A stretch of 64,000 bases of DNA, from positions 95,506 to 159,505 of the forward strand of contig JBQVOK010000008.1 in the NCBI GenBank assembly GCA_052437175.1, written 5' to 3'. This document shows positions 1 through 9,789 of the stretch, one piece after another; position 1 is the stretch's first letter, and each line of letters opens with the position of its first letter. The notes under the pieces were generated by a model. The model searched no databases and was not told the DNA's origin. It saw only the letters and a list, made by a program, of their open reading frames with translations. The position numbers and the translations under genes were made by a program. The DNA comes from Flavobacteriales bacterium (lineage in GTDB: Bacteria; Bacteroidota; Bacteroidia; CAIKAF01).

Positions 1-188
1 CGCACCACAAAACCCGCGGCAAAGGTGGCCAGGGTAGAAAGAAAGGCAGCCGTAGGATTATCCTGCGGAAAGAATTTGGTGGAGATCAGGGGCGCCAGGC
101 TCCCGAACAGATAAAAGTCGTACCATTCGATCATGGTGCCTACTGAAGAGGCCCCGATCACTTTACGTATACCCGTGTTAGCGCTCAT
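1..188 (-). CDS. MFS transporter (metabolite:H+ symporter family), N-terminal part; gene continues past the window start
   Basis: Minus-strand ATG at 186-188 gives MSANTGIRKVIGASSVGTMIEWYDFYLFGSLAPLISTKFF..., a typical MHS/ProP-like N-terminus (G-x-x-EWYDF motif); open to position 1. Confidence 0.55.
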   Translation of the reverse strand, partial: MSANTGIRKVIGASSVGTMIEWYDFYLFGSLAPLISTKFFPQDNPTAAFLSTLATFAAGFVV

Positions 189-215
189 ATTGCTTGAAAT
201 TAAATGTACGTTTTT

Positions 216-1643
216 TTAAAGGAAAATATGTGTCTGTAAGATCAGTTCGTAACGCCAGCCGTTGTACACCGGCGAACCGCCCACGCTTTTGTAGGTAGGC
301 CGTGTGCTGTATTGCAGCGTTATTTTGGCGTTGTGATCGTTGATGTGGTAATTGAGACCGGCATCGAGCTGTGCAGTGGTCCTGCCGCCCAGGCGTTCAA
401 AATTCTTCAGGGTCAGCACGGCATAGGGCATAAAAGCATTGCCATTCTTGAGGCGGGGCAGCTGAAAACCGAACTGTGTATACCAGATATACCCCGTACC
501 CAGGGTAGGCTGACTGTTTCCTCCGCCCGCCCAGCTGGTATTGGGATTTACCGCCACGCTCTGTACCGCCGGGTGTATGTTCAGGATACCCAGGTTACGC
601 AGGAAGTCCGGACCGTAGTTATGATATGTGAAGCTGGAATACAGGTTTACCGACATGTTCTTCTTCTTGCCCACGGGCATGTCCAGGAACAGGTCTATCC
701 CATAGTTCTGCTGTGCATAGGTGCGTATGGAATCCGTTGGAGCCGGGCGGTTGGCCGTGGCCCCGGGATGTGCATAAAAACCGGCACCTACGTTCAGCAC
801 TTTTTTCTTACCCAGGTAACTGCCCACAAAATACGGCAGGGTATTGTTCTCCTTATCCCAGAACATCCAGTTCAGGTAGCCCTGGAAGGCCACTTTTTCA
901 TTCACAATATAAGTAGCGATGGGCGAATTGACCGTATTCTTTGAAATACCGAAGGCAAAAGGCTTGTTCACGGCCAGGCGGTAATCCAGGCGGCCGATCT
1001 GTCCTTTGGCGTAGATCCCCAGCTGTCGGGCAAACTGATCCGTAGCCTCGATGTTGTACCAGTTGTGAATGGGCGCATCCAGCGTCATAAAATTGAGCGT
1101 ACTCTGGCTGGCCAGGCGCGAAACCCCGTTCCAGTAATGCAGGCCCGTTCCCAAATGCAGGTAACCAGGCACCACGGCAAATTCCGTCCAGGCATCGTGA
1201 ATATAGAGCTGCGGACGTTTACCGCCATTGCTCAGTGTCGTGTTCACCCCTGAGTAATTGCTCACTGCGCCCACGCCCCCGTTGATAAAACTCTGGTTAT
1301 TGATGCCGAAATGCGAAACGATGAGAAAACGCGGCGATATCTGGGCATGGATCAGGAAACGCGAACGGCGTATACCCACGTCGAACGCATAGCGCTGGGG
1401 CTGACCGTCCGAATCCAGCGTGCCCTGGTTATTCTGCGTCACCGATATCCATTGCTGATGCCAGGTAATGAAACGGATAAACTTGGTCCCTTCGGGGTTC
1501 AGGTTGATCTTCATGGGCTGGTACGAATGATCGAAAGGAGACTTTATTTTACGCTCCTTCTTCGGCTTCGGCGCTTCGGTCTGTGCGCACAAAGCACTGC
1601 TGAATGCCAGGAGGCAGGCCAGCGGTAGAATTGATTTTTTCAT
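216..1643 (-). CDS. Secreted outer-membrane beta-barrel/porin-like protein
   Basis: Signal peptide MKKSILPLACLLAFSSALCAQ; alternating amphipathic, aromatic-rich beta-strand pattern, 475 aa. Confidence 0.45.
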   Translation of the reverse strand: MKKSILPLACLLAFSSALCAQTEAPKPKKERKIKSPFDHSYQPMKINLNPEGTKFIRFITWHQQWISVTQNNQGTLDSDGQPQRYAFDVGIRRSRFLIHAQISPRFLIVSHFGINNQSFINGGVGAVSNYSGVNTTLSNGGKRPQLYIHDAWTEFAVVPGYLHLGTGLHYWNGVSRLASQSTLNFMTLDAPIHNWYNIEATDQFARQLGIYAKGQIGRLDYRLAVNKPFAFGISKNTVNSPIATYIVNEKVAFQGYLNWMFWDKENNTLPYFVGSYLGKKKVLNVGAGFYAHPGATANRPAPTDSIRTYAQQNYGIDLFLDMPVGKKKNMSVNLYSSFTYHNYGPDFLRNLGILNIHPAVQSVAVNPNTSWAGGGNSQPTLGTGYIWYTQFGFQLPRLKNGNAFMPYAVLTLKNFERLGGRTTAQLDAGLNYHINDHNAKITLQYSTRPTYKSVGGSPVYNGWRYELILQTHIFL

Positions 1644-1739
1644 AAGTCATGCGTTTTTTCGATTTAAGGCATGACCAAGTTGGGCAGGAAGAGGCGTTAA
1701 AAAAAAAAGCCGCCTATACTTTGCTAAAACCTATACTTT

Positions 1740-2165
1740 TCAGAGCGGTTTTTTGAAACGCTCCCATTTGATGAGCATGAATTTATCGCCCAGTTCCGTA
1801 ATGACACAGCCCGACAGATACAGGTTGTTCTTGTCCTTAAGGTACTCTACCAGCTCGGTGTGGTTCAGCACCTTATACGTAGGATGATACTCGGCATGCG
1901 CCGGCCGTTCGATCTTATACTGCTTTACCCAGTTGATCACCGATACGTGGCTTACGCCCAGGATGCGCTCGATCTCCCGGTAACTGATGCCTTCGATATA
2001 CAGCTGTAAGGCCTTTACCACGTAGTACTGATCGATCTCCTTTCCCTTTTTCAGCACCGTAAAATTATACCCGCAGCTTTTACACTTAAAACGCTGCCGG
2101 CCGCTGATCACACCGCTTTTGATATACTCCTCGGACTGGCATTTGGGACACTGTATACTTTTCAT
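1740..2165 (-). CDS. IS1-family InsA-like zinc-finger/HTH protein, a lone IS remnant or domesticated regulator
   Basis: CPKCQS...CKSCGYNF Cys4 zinc finger followed by an HTH (ISYREIERILGVSHVSVINWV), the IS1 InsA architecture; no transposase ORF adjacent. Confidence 0.55.
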   Translation of the reverse strand: MKSIQCPKCQSEEYIKSGVISGRQRFKCKSCGYNFTVLKKGKEIDQYYVVKALQLYIEGISYREIERILGVSHVSVINWVKQYKIERPAHAEYHPTYKVLNHTELVEYLKDKNNLYLSGCVITELGDKFMLIKWERFKKPL

Positions 2166-2271
2166 GAGAGAAATTAACTATAGGTATTTTGCAAATGTAT
2201 ATGTATTTAGCAAATAAAAAAAAATCGTATTATATTGAGTACTAATTTAGCGTTGTAAATCATTTGAACAC

Positions 2272-4215
2272 ATGAGTTATCCATATCAGATCCTGAGCGA
2301 GGAACAATATAAGGAAGTATATCAATTTAGTATTGAGAAACCGGAAGAATTCTGGGCCTCCGTCGCAAAGCATTTTACCTGGAAGAAAAAATGGGAAAAA
2401 GTGCTGGAATGGAATTTTAAAGACCCGGATGTACAATGGTTCAAAGGGGCCAAACTGAACATCACCGAAAACTGCCTGGACCGCTGGGCCCTTACGCAGC
2501 CCAATACCCCGGCCATTATCTGGGAAAGCAACGATCCCGATGAGCACCACCGCGTGCTTACCTACCAGGAACTCCTGTTCAAAGTATCGCAGTTTGCCAA
2601 TGTGCTAAAGAACAACGGCGTTAAAAAAGGCGATCGCGTATGTATTTATATGCCTATGGTACCCGAGCTGGCTATTGCCGTGCTGGCCTGTGCCCGTATC
2701 GGGGCGGTGCATTCGGTGATCTTTGGCGGCTTTTCGGCCCAGAGCATTGCCGACCGCCTGCGCGATGCCCGCTGCGAAGTGGTGATCACCGCTGACGGCG
2801 CCTTCCGCGGGAACAAGGAAGTACCGCTCAAGAACGTGATCGACGATGCCCTTTTGCAGTCGCCCGACGTACGCCGCGTGATCGTACTCACCCGCAACCG
2901 TACGCCCGTTTCCATGATCAAGGGCCGCGATGTATGGTGGGAAGACGAGATCCGCAAGGTGGAGACCATGGGCAACCCGTTCTGTCCCGCCGAGGAAATG
3001 GACGCCGAAGATATGCTCTTTATCCTGTATACCTCCGGTTCCACAGGCAAGCCCAAAGGCGTGGTACATACCTGCGCAGGGTATATGGTGTTTGCCAACT
3101 ATTCTTTTGTGAATGTATTCCAGTATAAACCCGGCGACGTATATTTCTGTACCGCCGATATCGGCTGGATCACCGGCCACAGTTATATTGTGTACGGGCC
3201 ACTCTCGGCCGGGGCCACCACGCTTATGTTCGAAGGTATCCCCACCTGGCCCGATGCCGGCCGTTTCTGGGATATTGTAGACAAATTTAAGGTGAATATC
3301 CTGTACACAGCGCCTACCGCCATCCGCAGCCTTATGGGCTTTGGCGATTCGTACCTGGCAGACAAGGACCTGAGCAGCCTCAAAGTGCTGGGCAGCGTGG
3401 GCGAACCCATCAATGAAGAGGCCTGGCACTGGTTCCATAAAAACATCGGGAAAGAAAAATGTCCCATTGTAGATACCTGGTGGCAAACCGAAACCGGGGG
3501 CATTATGATCTCGAACCTGGCCGGCATTACGCCTGCCAAACCGGCGCACGCTACCCTGCCCCTGCCCGGCATACAACCTGTACTGGTAGACGAGAACGGG
3601 AAGCTCATCGAAGGCAGCGACGCCGCTTCGGGCATACTCCCGGCAGACAGTATCAGTGGCAACCTCTGTATACAGTTCCCCTGGCCCGGCATTATACGCA
3701 CCACCTACGGCGATCACGAACGCTGCCGCCAGACCTATTTTTCGGCCTACGAAGACAACTATTTCACCGGCGACGGCTGTTTCCGCGATACCGACGGTAA
3801 TTACCGCATCACCGGCCGTGTAGACGATGTGCTGAACGTAAGCGGGCACCGTATCGGTACCGCCGAAGTGGAAAATGCCATCAATATGCATACCGATGTG
3901 GTGGAAAGCGCCGTGGTAGGCTACCCGCACGATATAAAAGGACAGGGCATCTACGGCTTTGTGGTATACAGCGGCAGCAACAACGACCTGAACCTGGTGC
4001 GCCAGGACATCAACCAGACCGTTTCGCGGCTCATCGGGCCCATAGCGAAACTGGATAAAATACAGTTTGTAAGCGGTTTGCCCAAGACCCGCAGCGGCAA
4101 GATCATGCGCCGTATCCTGCGGAAAATAGCGGAGGGCGAACTTGAAAATTTTGGCGATATCTCCACACTTCTCGATCCGGATGTGGTGAAACAGATCGCT
4201 GAAGCCAGGGTATAA
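2272..4215 (+). CDS. acs: Acetyl-CoA synthetase (AMP-forming)
   Basis: 647 aa; Acs-type N-terminus; AMP-binding motif YTSGSTGKPKGV; C-terminal PKTRSGKIMRR. Confidence 0.95.
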   Translation: MSYPYQILSEEQYKEVYQFSIEKPEEFWASVAKHFTWKKKWEKVLEWNFKDPDVQWFKGAKLNITENCLDRWALTQPNTPAIIWESNDPDEHHRVLTYQELLFKVSQFANVLKNNGVKKGDRVCIYMPMVPELAIAVLACARIGAVHSVIFGGFSAQSIADRLRDARCEVVITADGAFRGNKEVPLKNVIDDALLQSPDVRRVIVLTRNRTPVSMIKGRDVWWEDEIRKVETMGNPFCPAEEMDAEDMLFILYTSGSTGKPKGVVHTCAGYMVFANYSFVNVFQYKPGDVYFCTADIGWITGHSYIVYGPLSAGATTLMFEGIPTWPDAGRFWDIVDKFKVNILYTAPTAIRSLMGFGDSYLADKDLSSLKVLGSVGEPINEEAWHWFHKNIGKEKCPIVDTWWQTETGGIMISNLAGITPAKPAHATLPLPGIQPVLVDENGKLIEGSDAASGILPADSISGNLCIQFPWPGIIRTTYGDHERCRQTYFSAYEDNYFTGDGCFRDTDGNYRITGRVDDVLNVSGHRIGTAEVENAINMHTDVVESAVVGYPHDIKGQGIYGFVVYSGSNNDLNLVRQDINQTVSRLIGPIAKLDKIQFVSGLPKTRSGKIMRRILRKIAEGELENFGDISTLLDPDVVKQIAEARV

Positions 4216-4240
4216 AAACGGATCGTCTTTTTCATGGGTT

Positions 4241-4276
4241 GTCCGGCTATCGAACAGTAGCCGGACATTTTATTTT
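4241..4276 (+). terminator. Rho-independent terminator after acs
   Basis: 9-bp stem GTCCGGCTA / TAGCCGGAC with an 8-nt loop, followed by ATTTTATTTT. Confidence 0.6.
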
Positions 4277-4338
4277 CTCCCCTCCCTTCAGGATATTTTG
4301 TATACATTTGGAAGGCACAGCAGAGAATTTAAACACCT

Positions 4339-6198
4339 ATGTTCAGAAAAATTAGTATAATAATTGTAATCCTTGTATCCTGCGGGCTCCTGTACGCACA
4401 GAAGCCTTCAGACTTTGCAGAGCGGACCGATATCAATATGGCCATGGCCCCCTTTCTGCATGGCGTTGCCAGCGGAGATCCCCTGCAGGACCGTGTTATA
4501 CTCTGGACAAGGCTCACCCTGCCCGCAGCACTGCCAGTGGCCGAAGTACAATGGGAGATCGCTTCCGACACCGCGTTCCGCAACGTCATAAACCAGGGCA
4601 GTGTACGTACGGGCCCCGAAAAGGACTATACCGTAAAAGCCGATGCCGGTGGCCTGCAGCCCGATCAATGGTACTACTACCGTTTCCGCTACAATAATGC
4701 CTATTCCTGCACCGGCCGCACCCGTACCTTCCCCGAAGAAGGCCTTAAAAGAGTACGTGCCGCCGTGCTTTCCTGTCAGGATTACCAGAACGGCTTTTAC
4801 AATGCCCTGCAACACCTTGCACAGCGTAATGATTTTGACGTGGTATTTCACCTGGGCGACTATATATACGAATATGCCGCCAACAGCGCCGTGGGCCGTG
4901 AACACGAGCCCATGACCGAAATGATACAGCTTAGCGATTACCGCATACGGCATTCGCAGTACCGCCTGGACAGGGACCTGCGCAACCTGCACCAGCAATA
5001 TCCCTTCATTTGTGTGTGGGACGATCACGAGACCGCCAACGATTCCTGGCGCGAAGGGGCACATAACCACGACCCTAAAACCGAAGGTGATTTTGCAGAC
5101 CGGAAACGCAATTCCACACAGGCTTATGCCGAATGGATGCCTATACGTCTTCCCGAATCGGACAATAACTTACATATTTACCGTTCGTTCCGCTGGGGGC
5201 AACTGGCCGAATTCTACTTTCTCGACACCCGTCTTATCGACCGTGACGAGCAGGCCGGCGGCCTTTTCCTGTCCGTAAGCGACTCTACCCTGAACGACAG
5301 CAGCCGCGTCATGCTCGGGCGTACCCAGATGCAGTGGCTGCAGCAGCAGATGAGCCAGTCAAAGGCTCAATGGCAGGTGCTGGCCCAGCAGGTAATGATG
5401 GCCCCGCTGCTGTTCCGGCTTTTCAATACATGGAGAGTCATCAACCCCGATCAGTGGGACGGTTACCCGGCCGAGCGGGAACGCCTGTTAAAATTTATAC
5501 ACGATCGTAAAATTCAGAACCTGGTGGTGCTCACGGGCGATATACATACCTCCTGGGCCAATAACATCCCGTATAAAGATCATCGTTTGGCGGATGGCAG
5601 TGAAGCCCCGATCGGTGTGGAATTCGTAGGGACATCGGTTACCTCGGCCAGCGGACTGAACCTGCCCGGCGTTATTTCGGAAGTACGTTTTATGAATCCC
5701 CACATTCAGTTTGCCGACCTGGAACACCACGGCTACTTTATCCTGGATATAGAGGCTGCACGTACCCAGGCCGACTGGTATTTTGTAAACCATATCGACC
5801 GGCGTAAATACAAAGTGTATCATGCCCGCGGTTTTGAGACCTACAGCGGCGAAAACCGGCTGCGGGAAGCTCCCGAAGCAAAAGCTGCGGAACAAAACCC
5901 GGCCCTGCCACCCTCCGAACCTGCGGAAAAAGGCCCCGAAAACGGGCTCTGGCTGCTGAGCACGGCAAAAGAAAAGGAAAGCGGAATACCGGTGATACAG
6001 TACTATACGTCCAGATCCGGTATTTTTGATTTTTATGCCTACAATGCACAGGGCGATCTGTTGTACCAGACCGCTGTGGCGGCACACAAAGGTTTAAATT
6101 ACTGCCATTTTAAAGACATAAAATCTTCAGGGACCCTCGATAAGGTACGTTGTGTGAACCGCAAGAGCAAACAGGAAGCCAGCATCCTGGTACGCTAA
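4339..6198 (+). CDS. phoD: PhoD-like alkaline phosphatase/phosphodiesterase (metallophosphatase) with a C-terminal extension
   Basis: Signal peptide; GDYIYE and WDDHE metallophosphatase motifs; PhoD-length catalytic region plus a C-terminal tail of about 130 aa. Confidence 0.8.
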   Translation: MFRKISIIIVILVSCGLLYAQKPSDFAERTDINMAMAPFLHGVASGDPLQDRVILWTRLTLPAALPVAEVQWEIASDTAFRNVINQGSVRTGPEKDYTVKADAGGLQPDQWYYYRFRYNNAYSCTGRTRTFPEEGLKRVRAAVLSCQDYQNGFYNALQHLAQRNDFDVVFHLGDYIYEYAANSAVGREHEPMTEMIQLSDYRIRHSQYRLDRDLRNLHQQYPFICVWDDHETANDSWREGAHNHDPKTEGDFADRKRNSTQAYAEWMPIRLPESDNNLHIYRSFRWGQLAEFYFLDTRLIDRDEQAGGLFLSVSDSTLNDSSRVMLGRTQMQWLQQQMSQSKAQWQVLAQQVMMAPLLFRLFNTWRVINPDQWDGYPAERERLLKFIHDRKIQNLVVLTGDIHTSWANNIPYKDHRLADGSEAPIGVEFVGTSVTSASGLNLPGVISEVRFMNPHIQFADLEHHGYFILDIEAARTQADWYFVNHIDRRKYKVYHARGFETYSGENRLREAPEAKAAEQNPALPPSEPAEKGPENGLWLLSTAKEKESGIPVIQYYTSRSGIFDFYAYNAQGDLLYQTAVAAHKGLNYCHFKDIKSSGTLDKVRCVNRKSKQEASILVR

Positions 6199-6204
6199 CC
6201 CAGC

Positions 6205-9200
6205 TTACTGCCGTACAAATTTCTGCTTCTGCAGGCCCTGGCGGCTGCGCATTTCGAGTACATACGTGCCTTTGCGCAGGGAAAGGATGTCTATACGAAG
6301 CTGGTTCAGGCCGGCGTTGGCCGCCACGGAACCCGTAAGCACTACCCGCCCCGAAATATCCAGCACACGCCAGTTCATGGCGTCGTCTTCACTTAAGATA
6401 TAATCGGCAAAGATCTGCTGCTCGGCCGGGTTCGGGTACACCATACCTACCCAGAAATCATCATTCAGGTTCCGGCAGCGTGTTTCCGGATCGATGAGTA
6501 TACTATCATTTATCGTATATAGATCTACACAACAGAAATGAAGGGCATTCGTGCCAACGGGGATCAATCCGCTGAATGAATAATTCAGCAAAGCACCCGG
6601 GCCCAGGGAACCATTCCACAATTCCCGGAAACCGGCGCCATAATCTGCGCGGGCACCCAGTTCCAGGTCTGTGATCAGCTGGTTGCCCGTATTCAGCAGG
6701 GTACCTGAAAAACTGATCTTGCCGTTGCTTTCTGCGCATTGTACGTTCATCCATTCGGCCGAAAGTTCGCGCTCGTTCACTACGATCTCTACCGAGGCCG
6801 AATCGGAACAGTTCTGGTTGTTCCCGGCGATCAGCACCAGCGTATACACACCGGTATCGGCATACACCACCGCCCCCGGTTCCTGCAGGTTGCTCTGTAC
6901 CCCGTTCCCGAAGTTCCAGAGATAGCTGCCGGCATTGGTCCCGGTAAATACCGGCGTTACACTCAGCGGCGGTGCGCCGAACGTGGTATTTACGGTAAAG
7001 CTGGCCGTTGGAGCCTGTTTTACATAAATGGTACCTTGCAGTGAATCTTTACAGCCCGCCTGTGTGGTCACGATCAGGCGCACGATACGGCTTCCGCTGC
7101 CCGTATACGCAAATACCGGCTGGGCCGCCTGCGAGGTACCGGCCGTACTGAAACGCCAGAGATAGGAACTGATATTGTCGTTAATACCCGTAGAATTGTT
7201 CAGGAAAGGGATCGGCGTACCGGCACAGATGCTGTCGGGCATGCTGAAATCGGCCAAAGCCGCCTTCGTTACCGGTACGATTTTTGTTTTGTATGCCCGG
7301 CACTGGTTATTGGTAGACACCCGCAGGGTTACCTGAAAGCTATCTTCCGCACCGAAAATAAACTGCGGACTGAACAGGTTGGATGTGCTGCCGTTCCCGA
7401 AGAACCAGGTATACGACTGGGGCGAAACGCCATTCCCGAAGGTAGTGGTATTCTGAAAGACCGTAGGTCCTTCATAGCATACCCCGCTGAAAGTAAAGTC
7501 CGGGTAAGCCCCTTCCTTGATCAGCACGGGGCGGGTGAGCGTACGTACACAACCCGAGTCATTCTGTACCGTAAAGCTTACAAAATACTGACCCGGCAAC
7601 ACATAGGTATGTTTGGGCGCAGATACCGACGAGCTGTTTGCTGCCCCGGAAGCCGGATCGTTGAAATTCCAGGCATAACTGCTTATTCCTCCCGCATTCG
7701 GCAGTGCATGGCCTGTAAAAACCGTACTGTCGTTATTGCAGGTATCGGCATAACTGAAGCTGAGCGCAGGCTGTGCATTTATCGTGATGTTCCGGCGCAG
7801 GGTATTGCCGCAACCGTTATCGGCCAGTATAAAAAGTTCTACCGGGTAAGTGCCCGCTGCAAGGTAAGTATTCTGGGGCTGTGCCAGCGACGAGGTATTC
7901 CCGTCCCCGAAATCCCAGTGGTAGGTAAGTACGTTCTGGTTGCTGCTGGCCGTAAAGGACGTGCCGGCATTCTCGCAGCGCTGTACCGCATCGAAACTGA
8001 TCACCGGCGCCGTACCGTTCAGCAGCACGTTCACCGTATCGTCTGCATAACAGCCGTTCTCATTGGTGGCATGTACCCAGTAAGTGCCTGGGTTACTGAG
8101 TATGATCGACGCGCTTTGCTCGCCCGTATTCCACAGGTAATTCGATCCCGGTCCGCCCGGAACGTTCAGCTGCAGACTGTTGTTGAGACAGAGCGTGGTA
8201 TCATTGCCCAGGCCGGCCAGGGGAAAAGGATCGTTAAGTACCTGCACCGTGTCCGAAGTAAAAACACAGCCCGTAGTGGTCTGGGTAACCGTTACATAAT
8301 AGAGACCCGGGCTGCTGATCGTCAGTGCGGTATCTGTGCTGTTGTCCGACCACACAAAGTTGTACGAGGCCCCGGGCAGGTTGGTCTGCCACACACGGCT
8401 TCCGCCCTGGCACAGGTAGTTTACGGGAGGCAGCTGGTTAAATGCCGACAGGCTGGCTACCCGCACCGTATCGGAATACGTATTGCCGAAACCGTCGCTC
8501 ACCTGTACCCAGTAAATACCGGGCGAGGTTACCGGCAGGGCGGCTGTGGAAGCGCCCGTACTCCAGAGGTACGATGCATAACCTGTACCCGCGTTCAGGG
8601 TTATAAGCCCGCAGAGCGGATTTACGCTGGTATCCCGGCCCAGGTTTACGGGCGGCAGGTAGCGCTGGGTAAGAAAATCTTCGGTCAGGTTGCGGAGCGA
8701 ATCGTTATGCTGCTGGTTAAAGAATATCATTTCTGCCACTTCCATCTGCGAAGTAGCCAGCACCGAAGAATTGGAATAACTGGCATTGCTGCCGAGTATA
8801 AGCGGTGCATTGGGATTGATGCTGTATGTCTGAGCCGTACCGGAGCCCACCAGGGTACCGTTGCGGTAGAGGCGGGCCGTTGTGGTATTGTCGAGCGCGG
8901 TGAACATACGGTAGGTATTGCCCGGGCTGGAAATAAAATACTCCGCGGCCACCCCGCCCCCATTGCTGGCCCACAGGAAATTAGCGCCCCCGTTGTAGTT
9001 ATAAGCCGCCCGGTTGTGCTGGTTCGGGGTAAAGGTCGTAAAATTGGCCATGGTAAATATAAAACCATAGGCCTGGGGCTGGGTATTGAGCTTGCCCAGG
9101 AAATACACCTCCATGGGGTCTGTATTGGCAATGGCGCTGCCTTTGATATTGGTGGTGAGCTGCCTTACACTCCCGTTAAAATGCACAAAAGGCTTGTTGC

Positions 9201-9684
9201 CCAATCCGCCCGATGAGCGGTAGGTAGGGCTGGTGGCTGCATTGGCATTGGAGGCAAGTGCCGTATATTCGAGCGAGTTCCAGTTCTGCAGGGCCGTATT
9301 ATTGGCCTGGGTTATGTTCAGCGCACTGAACCAGCCCCGGAGTCCGCCCGCCAGCGTAGGTGAAAAGTGCGTAAAGGTGTACACCGGCGAGTTATTACTC
9401 TGCCCGCTGCTGCGCACTCTCCAGAAATAGGTGGCAGGCTGGGGTATCGTGTATACCAGGCTGTCCTGGCTGAGCCCGGCAAACAGCTGGGAACCTGCAA
9501 ATGCGGCATTATCCGCCACTTCCAGGTCGAACGAATAAGGCAGCCCCGAGGTATTCCAGCGGAGTACAACGGAATTACCCGGCAGAATGCTGCCCCGTGC
9601 AGGAGAATAAGGGTCCGGCGTTTGTGCTCTGGTGATGGCCGCAAGGCCGAGGAGAAAGACACAAACTGGAATAAGTTTTTTCAT
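6205..9684 (-). CDS. Large secreted multi-domain protein (LamG-like N-region, PKD-like repeats) with a T9SS C-terminal sorting domain
   Basis: Signal peptide MKKLIPVCVFLLGLAAITRAQ; repeated W/HWDFGDG PKD-like modules; C-terminus YPNPAEQQ...VLDISGRVV...GTYVLEMRS is a typical T9SS CTD. Confidence 0.8.
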   Translation of the reverse strand: MKKLIPVCVFLLGLAAITRAQTPDPYSPARGSILPGNSVVLRWNTSGLPYSFDLEVADNAAFAGSQLFAGLSQDSLVYTIPQPATYFWRVRSSGQSNNSPVYTFTHFSPTLAGGLRGWFSALNITQANNTALQNWNSLEYTALASNANAATSPTYRSSGGLGNKPFVHFNGSVRQLTTNIKGSAIANTDPMEVYFLGKLNTQPQAYGFIFTMANFTTFTPNQHNRAAYNYNGGANFLWASNGGGVAAEYFISSPGNTYRMFTALDNTTTARLYRNGTLVGSGTAQTYSINPNAPLILGSNASYSNSSVLATSQMEVAEMIFFNQQHNDSLRNLTEDFLTQRYLPPVNLGRDTSVNPLCGLITLNAGTGYASYLWSTGASTAALPVTSPGIYWVQVSDGFGNTYSDTVRVASLSAFNQLPPVNYLCQGGSRVWQTNLPGASYNFVWSDNSTDTALTISSPGLYYVTVTQTTTGCVFTSDTVQVLNDPFPLAGLGNDTTLCLNNSLQLNVPGGPGSNYLWNTGEQSASIILSNPGTYWVHATNENGCYADDTVNVLLNGTAPVISFDAVQRCENAGTSFTASSNQNVLTYHWDFGDGNTSSLAQPQNTYLAAGTYPVELFILADNGCGNTLRRNITINAQPALSFSYADTCNNDSTVFTGHALPNAGGISSYAWNFNDPASGAANSSSVSAPKHTYVLPGQYFVSFTVQNDSGCVRTLTRPVLIKEGAYPDFTFSGVCYEGPTVFQNTTTFGNGVSPQSYTWFFGNGSTSNLFSPQFIFGAEDSFQVTLRVSTNNQCRAYKTKIVPVTKAALADFSMPDSICAGTPIPFLNNSTGINDNISSYLWRFSTAGTSQAAQPVFAYTGSGSRIVRLIVTTQAGCKDSLQGTIYVKQAPTASFTVNTTFGAPPLSVTPVFTGTNAGSYLWNFGNGVQSNLQEPGAVVYADTGVYTLVLIAGNNQNCSDSASVEIVVNERELSAEWMNVQCAESNGKISFSGTLLNTGNQLITDLELGARADYGAGFRELWNGSLGPGALLNYSFSGLIPVGTNALHFCCVDLYTINDSILIDPETRCRNLNDDFWVGMVYPNPAEQQIFADYILSEDDAMNWRVLDISGRVVLTGSVAANAGLNQLRIDILSLRKGTYVLEMRSRQGLQKQKFVRQ

Positions 9685-9789
9685 ATCTGAATCTTACACT
9701 TCAAAGTAACGCAAAAAAAGGCAGTTAACTTAACACGGCCTTACTTTTTTTGCTTGGGGCAGTATCTGTTTTTTTCCTAATTTCGCCCC

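Noticed and set aside
2605-3930. 441-aa minus-strand ORF inside acs
   Set aside because: Antisense to a highly conserved acetyl-CoA synthetase. It is Gly/Ala/Val-rich with no motifs.
7609-9216. 535-aa plus-strand ORF inside the PKD/T9SS gene
   Set aside because: Antisense artefact, Arg/Gly-rich, with no signal or motifs. The opposite strand encodes a coherent secreted protein with a CTD.
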